64,000 nucleotides of DNA from a virus (taxonomy: Duplodnaviria; Caudoviricetes). Position numbers and translations under genes: made by a program. Positions 9,874 through 18,793 of this stretch are shown one piece after another; position 1 is the stretch's first letter; the number at the start of each line of letters is the position of its first letter. The DNA is taken from IMG/VR virus record IMGVR_UViG_2867134129_000001, positions 1-64,000 of that record; one strand, written 5' to 3'. The notes under the pieces are model-generated. The model saw only the letters and a program-made list of their open reading frames with translations, was not told the origin of the DNA and searched no databases.

Positions 9874-10140
9874 TCAGTCCGGGAGGTCGCCGAAGAACTC
9901 GGCGTAGAGCTCCGGCTGCTGCTTACGGAGGCGCTGGACAGCGGCGTGCTCGCGGTCGGCCCGCTCGTAGAAGTCGGGCGTCACGACGTAGGCCTGACGC
10001 GCCCCGCGTTCGGTGAATGCGCCAACCTGCCCGCCGTAGCGGACGTCGCGGATCAGCGTCGTCAGGAGCGCGCGCGCCTCGGTCATGCCGACGGTCGCGA
10101 CGCCGTCCTCCGCGATCTCGATGCCCTTTCCAGTAGCCAT
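9874..10140 (-). CDS. Orphan Phd/YefM antitoxin-like DNA-binding protein (probably leaderless)
   Basis: TVGMTEARALLTTLIRDV..FTERG..AYVV Phd fold pattern; TACACT -10 lies 6 nt before the ATG at 10140. Confidence 0.65.
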   Translation of the reverse strand: MATGKGIEIAEDGVATVGMTEARALLTTLIRDVRYGGQVGAFTERGARQAYVVTPDFYERADREHAAVQRLRKQQPELYAEFFGDLPD

Positions 10141-10325
10141 GGCCAGAGTGTAAGCCATCACCAACACTTCCTTCCTGTTCATCCTGGCCAATCTTTAAAG
10201 AAGTGTGGCAGAGTGGACCCCAGGAACGCCAGACATTGCCGACGGCGAATCACGAAAACCGCGGCCCGACAGGGCCTGGTTCCGTGCGCCCGGATTCGGC
10301 AGATACAGCCCACGGGAGGGCTCTG

Positions 10326-12029
10326 ATGTACCGAAGCGACGGCAACGCACTCACCGTCATGGACTGGTTCTGCGGAGCCGGAGGCAGCAGTCAAGGCGCA
10401 CACTCCGTCCCCGGCGTCCAGGTCACCCGCGCCGCGAACCACTGGGCGAAGGCCATCGACTCCCACGAAGCGAACTTCCCCGAAGCCAGCCACTACCGCG
10501 GCGACATCCGCACCGCCCCCGTCTGGGACTGGCCCGTCACCGACATCTTCTGGGCTTCGCCGGAGTGCACCAACTGGTCCGTGGCGAAGGGGAAGCGCCG
10601 CAACTTCGACACCGCCATGCAGGGGAGCCTCCTCGACCTCCTCGCCGACCAGAACGAGGAGGAGCAGGGCGACGCAGAGGAGGAGTCGCGGGCCCTGATG
10701 GAGGAGGTGCCGCTGTACCTCCGCGGCGTACAGGAGCGTGGCGGGCTCGTCAAGGCCGGGGTCGTCGAGAACGTCACCGACGTCCGGGCCTGGGACCAGT
10801 GGGACCGGTGGATCGGCGAACTCCACAAGATGGGTTACCTCACCCGCATCATCGCCCTGAACTCGATGCACGCGAACCCGCGGTCCGTGCACGCCGCACC
10901 CCAGTCCCGCGACCGGCTCTACGTCGGCTACTGGCACAAGTCGCTGGGCCGCACCCCCGACTGGGACAAGTGGCTCCGCCCCCGCGCCTGGTGCTCCGGC
11001 TGCGACACCTGGGTGCAGGCCATGCAGGTCTTCAAGACCCCCGGCCGCGACATGGGCCGCTACCGCACCCAGTACGTCTACCGCTGCCCCTCCACCACCT
11101 GCCGCAACCAGATGGTCGAACCCGAAGCACTCCCCGCCGCTGCGGCGATCGACTGGTCCATCCCGGGGCAGCGCATCGGCGACCGGGCCAAGCCCCTCGC
11201 CGACAAGACGCTCGCCCGGATCCAGGCCGGGCTCAAGAAGTTCTCCCAGCCCGTCCCGATGATGGTCCCGGCCGGCGGGACCTGGAGAGACACGGCCGTC
11301 AGCGTCGGCGAACCCATGGGCACCCGCACCACCCGGGAGAACGACGGGCTCATGGTGCCGCCACTCCTCGTTCCCGTCGAAGGCCGAGACGGCAAGGAAG
11401 TCCGTTCTGTCAACGACCCGCTGCGCACCATGACCACCCGCAACGAGACCGGGCTCGCCTGGCTCCCGTTCATCGCCGAACTCCGCGGCGGCGGCTCCGT
11501 CGCCCGGTCCGTCACCGACGCCCTCGCCACCGTGACCGCCTCCGGAAACCACCACGGGCTCGTCATGCCCGAACTGCCCGCCATGGTCATGCGGAACAAC
11601 TCGGTGCGCGGTGACGCCGGATACCTGAGCACCCCGGTCACCGAACCCGTGAGGGCGCTCACCACGGCTGGCCACCAGTCGCTCGTCACCTGGAACGACA
11701 TCCTCGTCCCCTACTACACCAACGGCACCGCCCGCACCGTCCGCGAGCCCATCGGCGCTCTCTCCACCCGCGACCGGTACGCACTCGTCTGCGGCGACGT
11801 CGACATCAACGACGTCCGCTTCCGGATGCTCGAACCCCACGAGATCGGGCGGGCCATGAGCTTCGCCGACGACTACATCGTCCTCGGCTCCAAGCGCGAC
11901 AAGGTCCGCCAGTACGGCAACGCCGTCACCCCCAACGCCGCCGAGATCATCCTCTGCGCCCTCGTCGAAGCCGTCACCGGCGAAGAGCTGGAGCGGTACG
12001 CCGAACCCCAGCTGGCAGCCGCCGCGTGA
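10326..12029 (+). CDS. C5 cytosine DNA methyltransferase (orphan)
   Basis: Motif I DWFCGAGG, motif IV ASPECT, motif VI VENV, motif VIII PQSRDR, motif X YGNAV. Confidence 0.92.
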   Translation: MYRSDGNALTVMDWFCGAGGSSQGAHSVPGVQVTRAANHWAKAIDSHEANFPEASHYRGDIRTAPVWDWPVTDIFWASPECTNWSVAKGKRRNFDTAMQGSLLDLLADQNEEEQGDAEEESRALMEEVPLYLRGVQERGGLVKAGVVENVTDVRAWDQWDRWIGELHKMGYLTRIIALNSMHANPRSVHAAPQSRDRLYVGYWHKSLGRTPDWDKWLRPRAWCSGCDTWVQAMQVFKTPGRDMGRYRTQYVYRCPSTTCRNQMVEPEALPAAAAIDWSIPGQRIGDRAKPLADKTLARIQAGLKKFSQPVPMMVPAGGTWRDTAVSVGEPMGTRTTRENDGLMVPPLLVPVEGRDGKEVRSVNDPLRTMTTRNETGLAWLPFIAELRGGGSVARSVTDALATVTASGNHHGLVMPELPAMVMRNNSVRGDAGYLSTPVTEPVRALTTAGHQSLVTWNDILVPYYTNGTARTVREPIGALSTRDRYALVCGDVDINDVRFRMLEPHEIGRAMSFADDYIVLGSKRDKVRQYGNAVTPNAAEIILCALVEAVTGEELERYAEPQLAAAA

Positions 12030-12122
12030 CGCCCCGCCCGGACCCCGCCCCCACCTGACCCAACCGCGGGCCCCACACCGCTGACAGCCCGTACCTATCC
12101 GTACCGCCAGAAGGAAGTTCCG

Positions 12123-13073
12123 ATGCCCTGGTTCAAGATCGATGACAAGGCGCATTCCCACCCCAAGTTCATGCGGGCAGGAAACGCGGCGCTCGGTCTT
12201 TGGCTGCGCTGTGGCTCCTACGCCGCACAGCACCTCACCGAGGGCATCGTGCCGGGAGTCGTAGCCCAGCTGTACGGCACCACCCCCCAGGCCAACAAGC
12301 TCGTCAAGGCCGGCCTGTGGCACGAGCACGGCCACTCCTGCGACCGCTGCCCCCAGCCCCAGGAGGGCGACTACGTCGTCCACGACTTCCTTGAGGACGG
12401 CCGCAACACCTCCCGGGCCAAGCACGAATCCGAGCGGAAGAAGGCCCGCGACCGGCAGGCCAAGCACCGGGAATCGCGTACTTCCGGAGACGAAAGTTCT
12501 GCGAAAACGAATCGATTCGCCGACGAATCGTCCGCGAAAAAAAGCGAAAGTGTCCCAGAAAAATCCCCGTTCTCAGGCTCCACCGCAGGTCAGGGGCACC
12601 TGTCACGCCGTGACGAAAACGTCACGGGTATCCATGCCGGTGCCGCTCCTGTTCCTAACCCCAGTACTTCCTACGGAAGTACTGGTGCTGCTGCAGGCGA
12701 GGAGCGCTCCGGGCTCCCCGACCAGCTCGCCGAACTCAAGCGCGGCATCGCCGCAGCCGGCCTCACCGGAGTCGCCTGGGACCTCCGCGAATCCGGCTGG
12801 GAGTACACCCGGCAAGCGATGGTCCGAGTCGGCGTTCCCGCGATGGTCGCCTTCGCCGCCAACTCGGCCCGACTCAAAGGCCTTCCCGCAGGAGCCTCCG
12901 CCTGGGTCCAGGGGTGGCGCTCTCTCGAAGCTGCACCAGATGAACCCGGTGTCAGCTACCTGCCCGCCGTAGTCGGCGGCGGACCTCTCGCCAGCCGTCA
13001 GCAGCAGGAGACCAATGACCTCTTCGACCGCGCGATGCTCCGCGCCAAGTCCCGTATGCAGGAGGACCAGTGA
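12123..13073 (+). CDS. Phage replication initiator 1
   Basis: MPWFKIDD..HSHPK..GNAALGLW N-terminus typical of actinophage replication proteins; low-complexity central linker. Confidence 0.75.
   Translation: MPWFKIDDKAHSHPKFMRAGNAALGLWLRCGSYAAQHLTEGIVPGVVAQLYGTTPQANKLVKAGLWHEHGHSCDRCPQPQEGDYVVHDFLEDGRNTSRAKHESERKKARDRQAKHRESRTSGDESSAKTNRFADESSAKKSESVPEKSPFSGSTAGQGHLSRRDENVTGIHAGAAPVPNPSTSYGSTGAAAGEERSGLPDQLAELKRGIAAAGLTGVAWDLRESGWEYTRQAMVRVGVPAMVAFAANSARLKGLPAGASAWVQGWRSLEAAPDEPGVSYLPAVVGGGPLASRQQQETNDLFDRAMLRAKSRMQEDQ
12488..12686. repeat. Putative origin inside rep1: GACGAA..GCGAAAA direct repeats, A-rich tract and palindromes
   Basis: gacgaaagttctgcgaaaa / gacgaatcgtccgcgaaaa; gtcacgccgtgac; perfect IR ccagtacttcc-tac-ggaagtactgg. 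Confidence 0.45.
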
Positions 13074-13753
13074 CCCCCGACGAGACTGTGATTCTTGCCC
13101 GCTATGTGCGGGCCCTGTGCCCCCAGCAGAAGTTCGATGAGTACACCCCCGACGCCTGGCACGACGTCCTTGGTGACTGGCCCCTCGCAACAGCCCGAAC
13201 CGCCGCGGCAGCCGTCGCCAAGCAGCAGCCGTTCGTCAGTCCGGCCGAGATCATCGCCGAGATCCGCAAGCAGCGAGACGCCAAGGCTGACAGCTTCCAG
13301 GGGCCCGGCCTTCCCGCCGAAGTCCCGGACGCGGACCCCGACGACATCCCGGCCTACCTTGCCGCCCTCCGCACCCAGAGGACCCGGGCCGCCGATGGCG
13401 AGCAGATGAAGCGGCGCCCCGTCGCAGAGCTCATCGCCGGAGTCGCCGGCAGCTTCGGCCGCATCCCGGCCGAGGACGCCGACGAGGAGATCGCCGAAGT
13501 GCGGCGGCCGGGACCCCTTGGCGTCGAATGCCCGTCCTGCCAGGCCCCGATGGGGCGGCCATGCCGGGCGAGCGTCCCAGGGAACCGGCCGCCTCGCGAG
13601 CTCCGCACCCCGCACGCCGCGAGGTCCCGCGTCGCCCTGGGTGGCCCGGCGGAGCTGGAGTCCCCGCAGCTGATCGAGCAGCGCCGCGCGGCATCCCTGG
13701 CCCACCTTGAGCGGCTTGCTGCCAACGAGGCGCCGGGCGAGGAGGCGTCGTGA
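13070..13753 (+). CDS. Helicase-loader/inhibitor-like protein with C-terminal zinc finger
   Basis: Follows rep1; CPQQKFDEYTPDAW..FVSPAEI; ECPSCQA..PC..PHAAR. Confidence 0.65.
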   Translation: MTPDETVILARYVRALCPQQKFDEYTPDAWHDVLGDWPLATARTAAAAVAKQQPFVSPAEIIAEIRKQRDAKADSFQGPGLPAEVPDADPDDIPAYLAALRTQRTRAADGEQMKRRPVAELIAGVAGSFGRIPAEDADEEIAEVRRPGPLGVECPSCQAPMGRPCRASVPGNRPPRELRTPHAARSRVALGGPAELESPQLIEQRRAASLAHLERLAANEAPGEEAS

Positions 13754-14031
13754 CGGACTTCGACGCCTCCGACATCGCCGCGATGCGGAAGGAGGGCGAC
13801 CTCAGCGGCTTCCTCCGCGGCCAACTCCGCGCCGGGCGCATCCAAAAGACCACCCCGCCCGCGCCGCCACCGAAACCACCCGGTCACCGCCCCGGCCACT
13901 GGCCGGCCGGATCAAGGCCCCCGGACCCGAGGCCCATCCGGCACACCGCGGCCGACTGGCAGCGAGAACTCGACCGCTACCGGACCGGCCAAGGCCACGA
14001 CAACGACCCCTGCCACTGCGGCAACTGCTAG
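13750..14031 (+). CDS. Phage hypothetical protein
   Basis: GTGA-coupled; DIAAMRKEGDL. Confidence 0.6.
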   Translation: MTDFDASDIAAMRKEGDLSGFLRGQLRAGRIQKTTPPAPPPKPPGHRPGHWPAGSRPPDPRPIRHTAADWQRELDRYRTGQGHDNDPCHCGNC

Positions 14032-14046
14032 CCGAAAGGACACCCG

Positions 14047-14367
14047 ATGACCACCACCCGCTACGGGCAGACCGCCCCGATGCCCGACAGCATCCGCCAC
14101 TTCATGCGCGCCGGCCAGCACCCCGCCCGCGCCCTCCCGTGCCTCCACTGCGGGGTTGCCGCCCACAAGCCGTGCCGGATCCCGTCCCGCGGAGTGCCGC
14201 TCGCCCAGGTCCACCAGCAGCGGATCGATGCACGGGCCCAGATGGTCGCCTGCTGCCCTGCGTGCCAGGTCACCCCGACCGTTCCGTGCCACGCCGGTGG
14301 GCGGGCCCTCGACGGCGGGGCTGTCCACCCCGCCCGGCACGCCGAGGCCGACCGGAGTGCGGCATGA
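14047..14367 (+). CDS. Double zinc-finger phage protein
   Basis: Two CxxC..PC..H..R units. Confidence 0.7.
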   Translation: MTTTRYGQTAPMPDSIRHFMRAGQHPARALPCLHCGVAAHKPCRIPSRGVPLAQVHQQRIDARAQMVACCPACQVTPTVPCHAGGRALDGGAVHPARHAEADRSAA

Positions 14368-14684
14368 GTCGGCGGTGCAGCGTTGACGGCTGCACACGGG
14401 ACGCCCGACCCCAGAGGCGCCTCTGCCACGGCCACCGGGCCCGGGTCAGCCGGTACGGCAACCCGCACTTCACCCAGTGGGGCACCGCCGACGAGATGGA
14501 CGTCGAGCTCATCGTCACCGAGCAGCGGCCGGCCGAAGGGCTCACCCGCCTCGAACGAGTGCTCGTCGCACGCGGACTGACCGAACGCCAAGTACCGGCT
14601 GCGGAGGTGGCCCGGATCGTCGGCGTCGACAAGCGGACCGTCGAACGGTGGCGGTCCCGCGACCGGCAGAAGCGGGCGGCGTGA
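14364..14684 (+). CDS. Zinc finger + HTH protein
   Basis: CSVDGC..LCHGH..RYGNP; AAEVARIVGVDKRTVERWR. Confidence 0.7.
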   Translation: MSRRCSVDGCTRDARPQRRLCHGHRARVSRYGNPHFTQWGTADEMDVELIVTEQRPAEGLTRLERVLVARGLTERQVPAAEVARIVGVDKRTVERWRSRDRQKRAA

Positions 14685-14935
14685 TGCGCACGTTGAACCG
14701 CGACGTGAGGGGGACCGGTCGTCGGGCGGAGCGCGGGCGCGAGGGCTCAGCGGCCTCGTCGCGGGCCAGAACGGGGCCTCTCGCGGCCGAACAGGCTCCC
14801 GGCGCCCGGGAGTCCCAGCGGGGCGGAGAACGCCAGGGAGACGCCCAGCGGGCCGCGGCGACCGCAGGCGAACAGATTCCCGGGCAAACCGCCCTGGAGC
14901 TCACATTCGTGCAAGTAACCCTTTGGAGCTTGTGA
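14684..14935 (+). CDS. Phage hypothetical protein
   Basis: TGATG-coupled; ends with QIPGQTALEL. Confidence 0.5.
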   Translation: MRTLNRDVRGTGRRAERGREGSAASSRARTGPLAAEQAPGARESQRGGERQGDAQRAAATAGEQIPGQTALELTFVQVTLWSL

Positions 14936-15294
14936 TGCCGATCCGCCCCGAGAACCGGGCCCGATACCCGAAGGACTGGCCGGACATCTCCGCCAGCATC
15001 CGCTTCGGCCGCGCTGACCGCCGCTGCGAGTGCGCCGGGGAGTGCGGGCGCGGCACCCACGCCGGCCGCTGCCCCAACCAGCACGGCGGCCTCGCCTACG
15101 GGACCGGCAGCCGCGTGATCCTCACCGTCGCTCACCTCGACCACACCCCGGAGAACTGCGACCCCGCGAACCTCCGGGCCATGTGCCAGGGCTGCCACCT
15201 GCACTACGACCGCGACCACCACCGCGAGACCGCAGCAGCCACCCGGCGTGCCGCTGTTGAGGCTGCCGGGCAACTCGCCCTCGACACCCCGTGA
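14935..15294 (+). CDS. HNH endonuclease-like protein
   Basis: MPIRPENRARYP, LTVAHLDHTPENC..NLRAMCQGCHLHYD. Confidence 0.85.
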   Translation: MPIRPENRARYPKDWPDISASIRFGRADRRCECAGECGRGTHAGRCPNQHGGLAYGTGSRVILTVAHLDHTPENCDPANLRAMCQGCHLHYDRDHHRETAAATRRAAVEAAGQLALDTP

Positions 15295-15335
15295 ACGCAG
15301 TACCGGCTGCCCCCGACGCAACCGGGGGCAGCCGG

Positions 15336-15386
15336 CCCACCAACCGTACCGATCACCTGGAGCCCCTGATGCCCGACACCACACCC
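15336..15386 (+). repeat. Direct repeat copy 1 flanking the PAPS-reductase-like gene
   Basis: cccaccaaccgtaccgatcacctggagcccctgatgcccgacaccacaccc. Confidence 0.7.
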
Positions 15387-15407
15387 ACACCCGCCGGGAG
15401 CTACTGA
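15369..15407 (+). CDS. 12-aa leader mini-ORF (MPDTTPTPAGSY), a duplicate of the start of the 16318 gene
   Basis: GGAG RBS, TGATG overlap with the next gene; near-identical to 16318 start MPDTTP. Confidence 0.45.
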   Translation: MPDTTPTPAGSY

Positions 15408-16237
15408 TGCAGCAGGCCCGCCCAGTCGACTACATCAGTTTCGGTGGTGGTCAGCAGTCCACTGCCCTCCTCGTCCTCGCCGCCACCGGCCGCATCACCG
15501 CGAAGACATTCCTCTTCGCCAACGTCGGCGACGACAGCGAGCAGCCCGAAACCCTCCGGTACATCGAGGAGCACGCCCGCCCCTACGCCGAACGGCACGG
15601 GCTGGAGCTCGTCGAGCTACACCGCGTCGGCCGCTCCGGCCCACGCCGCGGTGAGACCCGCACCCTGCTGGCCGACCTCGAACGTCCCGACTCCAAGTCG
15701 ATCCCCATCCCGGTCCACATGAATGGCGGCGGACCCGGCACCCGCCAGTGCACCGACCGCCACAAGATCAAGGTCATCGCGGGCGAGCTCGCCCGCCGCG
15801 GCGCCACCGCCGAGAACCCGGCCATCGTCGGGATCGGGATCAGCCTCGACGAGATCCACCGGGCGAACAACCGCACCCGCATCCCTCACGAGCAGGTCGT
15901 CTACCCGCTGCTCGACCTCGGCCTGCGCCGCACGGACTGCCAGCGCATCATCCGCACCGCCGGACTCCCCGTTCCGCCGAAGTCAGCCTGCTGGTTCTGC
16001 CCCATGAAGCGCCCCTCCGAGTGGCACGAACTCCGGCGCACCCAGCCCGACCTGTTCGACCACGCGTGCCGCCTGGAGGACCAGCTCGTCGATCGGCGGA
16101 CCCGCCTCGGCAAGGACCCCGCCTATCTCACCGCACTCGGCCGGCCACTGCGGCAGGCGATCCCAGACGGGGTCGACCTCCTGCCCCTCGACAACGACGG
16201 GGACGGGGCCTGTGACTCCGGCTACTGCATGACGTGA
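15407..16237 (+). CDS. PAPS reductase-like (PP-loop) phage protein
   Basis: ISFGGGQQS PP-loop, RQCTDRHKI, YPLLD, PPKSACWFCP, terminal CDSGYC. Confidence 0.85.
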   Translation: MQQARPVDYISFGGGQQSTALLVLAATGRITAKTFLFANVGDDSEQPETLRYIEEHARPYAERHGLELVELHRVGRSGPRRGETRTLLADLERPDSKSIPIPVHMNGGGPGTRQCTDRHKIKVIAGELARRGATAENPAIVGIGISLDEIHRANNRTRIPHEQVVYPLLDLGLRRTDCQRIIRTAGLPVPPKSACWFCPMKRPSEWHELRRTQPDLFDHACRLEDQLVDRRTRLGKDPAYLTALGRPLRQAIPDGVDLLPLDNDGDGACDSGYCMT

Positions 16238-16284
16238 GCGCCAACCAGCAGACGCCCGCCCCGGCTGTTACCCGGGGCGGGCGC

Positions 16285-16334
16285 CCCACCACCGTACCGA
16301 CCACCGAGGAGCCTCTGATGCCTGACACCACCCC
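16285..16334 (+). repeat. Direct repeat copy 2 flanking the PAPS-reductase-like gene
   Basis: cccaccaccgtaccgaccaccgaggagcctctgatgcctgacaccacccc. Confidence 0.7.
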
Positions 16335-17466
16335 TGACCGCCCCGCCGACCAGCTGCGCGCCGCCGCCGTCCGCGCCCGGGAGACCGGCGACCCGCTGCA
16401 CACCGCCCTGGCCCCGCTGCTGGAGGCTGTGGCGGTGGACGCCATCAGCTGCCGGTGCGTCCCGGAGTGCCCGACGGGGGCCGCCCTGGCGGTGGCCCGG
16501 CAGCTCCTCGGCACCACGACGTGCGGCCCGGTGCCGGACTCCTGCGGTGACGAGCCGTGCGCGAACCACGAGCGGGAGCAGGCCCACGCCGAGGGCGAGC
16601 ACGCGTTCTGCAGGGCCGAGTGTGCTACCGATCTGGCCGACGACTACGCCTCCTGCCCCGGCTATGAAGCGTCGCCGAACCTGTGCCGCTGCCCCTGCTA
16701 CGGGTGCAAGCACCACTGCTCGACCCACCAGCCGCCCGCCGCCCCGCCCGCGCCTGCCGACCGGGCCGCCGTGCTCACCGAGGCCGAGCGGACGATGCTC
16801 ACCTACGCGCTCGACGAGGCGCAGGAGCACATCTGGTCGCGTGACGGGTTCACCGACGAGGACCAGGCCGCCGTGACCTCGCTCCGCCGTCTGGCCGGTG
16901 AGGCTGCCGCCGGGGCACACCACCCCACCACGACCCGCTCGTACCGGCTGGAGCACCGCCACCCCGAAGAGTCCACCTGGCGACCGAACACCCCCGGCAT
17001 CGGCGCGAACTGGTCCTGGCGGTCCCGTGAGAAGGCCGACCAGCGCCTGGCCGAAGCCCAAGACCGGTGGCCCGACTTCGAGCACCGGCTGATCGAGACG
17101 ACGACCACCGTCACCGAGGCCCCCGCTGTCCCTGCCGCGCCCGAGGAGACCACCTGGGTGGGTGCGACGGAACTCGCCTCCGACCGGGCCGCCACCCGGG
17201 ACCGCATCCGCCGGGCGATCTGTGAGGCGTCCGGGTTCACCTGGCTCCCCGACGACCTCGTCATCGAACTGTGCGAGGCCACCAACACCGGACGTCCCAC
17301 CGGCTGGCCCGAACTGGCCGACCGCGACGGCGACATCTGGGCCATCACCAGCGAGACCCACGACGGCGACACGGTCCTGATGCCTTGCTCCGGAGACATG
17401 GGCCCCATGCTCCGCCGCGACGTCGAAGCCCACTTCGGGCCGCTCACCACCGAGGGGGCCCGGTGA
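16318..17466 (+). CDS. Mosaic phage hypothetical protein (Cys/His-rich modules)
   Basis: GAGGAG RBS; several short modules such as CPGYE..CRCPCYGCKHHC and ADRDGDIW. Confidence 0.65.
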   Translation: MPDTTPDRPADQLRAAAVRARETGDPLHTALAPLLEAVAVDAISCRCVPECPTGAALAVARQLLGTTTCGPVPDSCGDEPCANHEREQAHAEGEHAFCRAECATDLADDYASCPGYEASPNLCRCPCYGCKHHCSTHQPPAAPPAPADRAAVLTEAERTMLTYALDEAQEHIWSRDGFTDEDQAAVTSLRRLAGEAAAGAHHPTTTRSYRLEHRHPEESTWRPNTPGIGANWSWRSREKADQRLAEAQDRWPDFEHRLIETTTTVTEAPAVPAAPEETTWVGATELASDRAATRDRIRRAICEASGFTWLPDDLVIELCEATNTGRPTGWPELADRDGDIWAITSETHDGDTVLMPCSGDMGPMLRRDVEAHFGPLTTEGAR

Positions 17467-17750
17467 CCGCCCAGCCCGAGCGTGTCCCGCTCGATCACCT
17501 CACCAGCGACCACCTCGACGCCCTGCACGCGCGGCTTGACCTCCTCGAAGCGGGCCGCGACGAGCGGGTCGTGCTGCTGGAGGAGGCCCGCGACGCCCTG
17601 GAGTCCGCCGGAGCACCAGGTGCGCACGGCGACGACTGGCCCCGACTCGTCCCCGCCATCGAACAGCTGGCCGCCGACCGTGACCGGCTCGCCACCGAGG
17701 TCGCCCGGCTCACCACCGACCAGCAGCCCCCCACGCAGCACACCACCTGA
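17463..17750 (+). CDS. Phage hypothetical protein
   Basis: GTGA-coupled; RVPLDHLTSDHLDALHARL. Confidence 0.6.
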   Translation: MTAQPERVPLDHLTSDHLDALHARLDLLEAGRDERVVLLEEARDALESAGAPGAHGDDWPRLVPAIEQLAADRDRLATEVARLTTDQQPPTQHTT

Positions 17751-17772
17751 CCCGACCAACGAGGAGAACCCG

Positions 17773-17946
17773 ATGCGACGCGAACCCACCATCCACAACC
17801 CGGCCCTCACCGTCACCTGCCCCCACTGCCGCTGCGTCCCCGGTGCCCCCTGCCTCGACAGCCGCGGCAGCCGGCTCACGGAAAACCGGGTCCACCAGGC
17901 ACGTGCGGCAGCCCACCGCGACCGTCAGGCCGCACGCCAGGCATGA
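17773..17946 (+). CDS. Small zinc-finger protein
   Basis: GAGGAG RBS; ALTVTCPHC..PGAPC..VHQAR. Confidence 0.65.
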   Translation: MRREPTIHNPALTVTCPHCRCVPGAPCLDSRGSRLTENRVHQARAAAHRDRQAARQA

Positions 17947-17951
17947 AAGCC

Positions 17952-17990
17952 CGGTACGCCCGCCCGGATCAGATCCGGGCGAGCGTACCG
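17952..17990 (+). terminator. Long hairpin ending the early operon
   Basis: cggtacgcccgcccggatc-a-gatccgggcgagcgtaccg near-perfect IR. Confidence 0.7.
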
Positions 17991-18018
17991 AGGCGGGTGC
18001 GACGTTAGTGCGACATTC

Positions 18019-18288
18019 ATGGGGAACACTGTCGAAATGATGACATTGCCGCCTCGTGAACTGGTTGGGTACGCGCTCTGCGCCTGGGACGCCCGCGTCA
18101 GCGCAGACGAACGGACCGAGGCCGCTTTCCTGGGTCTCGCCGGGATGATCATCAGTCACAGTCCGGCGACCCTCGACGACACCTGGCCCATCCTGCAAAT
18201 GATCACAGCATGGGACAAGGTCACCAGCCGAAAACGCCACCGCGCCGACTACCTCGCAATGGCCGACCGCATCCTCGCCCAGCTATAA
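18019..18288 (+). CDS. Hypothetical moron gene
   Basis: Stand-alone 89-aa ORF between two hairpins. Confidence 0.5.
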   Translation: MGNTVEMMTLPPRELVGYALCAWDARVSADERTEAAFLGLAGMIISHSPATLDDTWPILQMITAWDKVTSRKRHRADYLAMADRILAQL

Positions 18289-18331
18289 CAACACCAGCGG
18301 CCCCCGCCGGAAGGGGGGGGCGCAGCCAATC

Positions 18332-18793
18332 TCAACGTTTCGTGGGCCAGATTTCATGCCGAGCATCCCACCACACCACATGAAAGACGTTCCCGACCAA
18401 AAAACCCCAGAGCCGGCCAGCGCTCCCGATCCGCAACTTCCAGATCTGCGTCATGTCGGATAAACCCAACGCGTCAAGCCGGGCCAGCGCGACCCTATTC
18501 GGCAAAGTATGAACATCGTGACGCTTCCCAGGCCATTCGCCCTGATGGAACAGCTCGTGCATCGTCTGGCTCTCGAACTTCGCCATATCCTGAAGCAACG
18601 CCATCAAACGCTCATGATCCAGCGACACGAGCCCCCACGGGCCATCCAAGTCCAAATGGCTGAACCGCCAGCACACCCGCTCCTCAGACGTCCTGCTGCT
18701 CGGCAGGAGCAAGGCCGGATCCCCAGTGCGCTTCTCGTCCGAGATAGACCCGGGCGGGACGCTGACCTTCTTCCCCTTCCCCCCTTTGCCCAT
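18332..18793 (-). CDS. Putative toxin (RelE-like / MAG6450-like) of a Panacea TA pair
   Basis: C-terminal LRI..GRLWGF..NVFHVVWWDARHEIWP; coupled directly downstream of the Panacea gene. Confidence 0.7.
   Translation of the reverse strand: MGKGGKGKKVSVPPGSISDEKRTGDPALLLPSSRTSEERVCWRFSHLDLDGPWGLVSLDHERLMALLQDMAKFESQTMHELFHQGEWPGKRHDVHTLPNRVALARLDALGLSDMTQIWKLRIGSAGRLWGFLVGNVFHVVWWDARHEIWPTKR

Noticed and set aside
10179-12467. 762-aa ORF on the - strand
   Set aside because: Antisense shadow of the methyltransferase and rep1, typical of high-GC DNA; no motifs
15407-16237. Complete Dnd phosphorothioation or sulfate-assimilation system
   Set aside because: No dndA/B/D/E or cys genes nearby; a single PP-loop gene only
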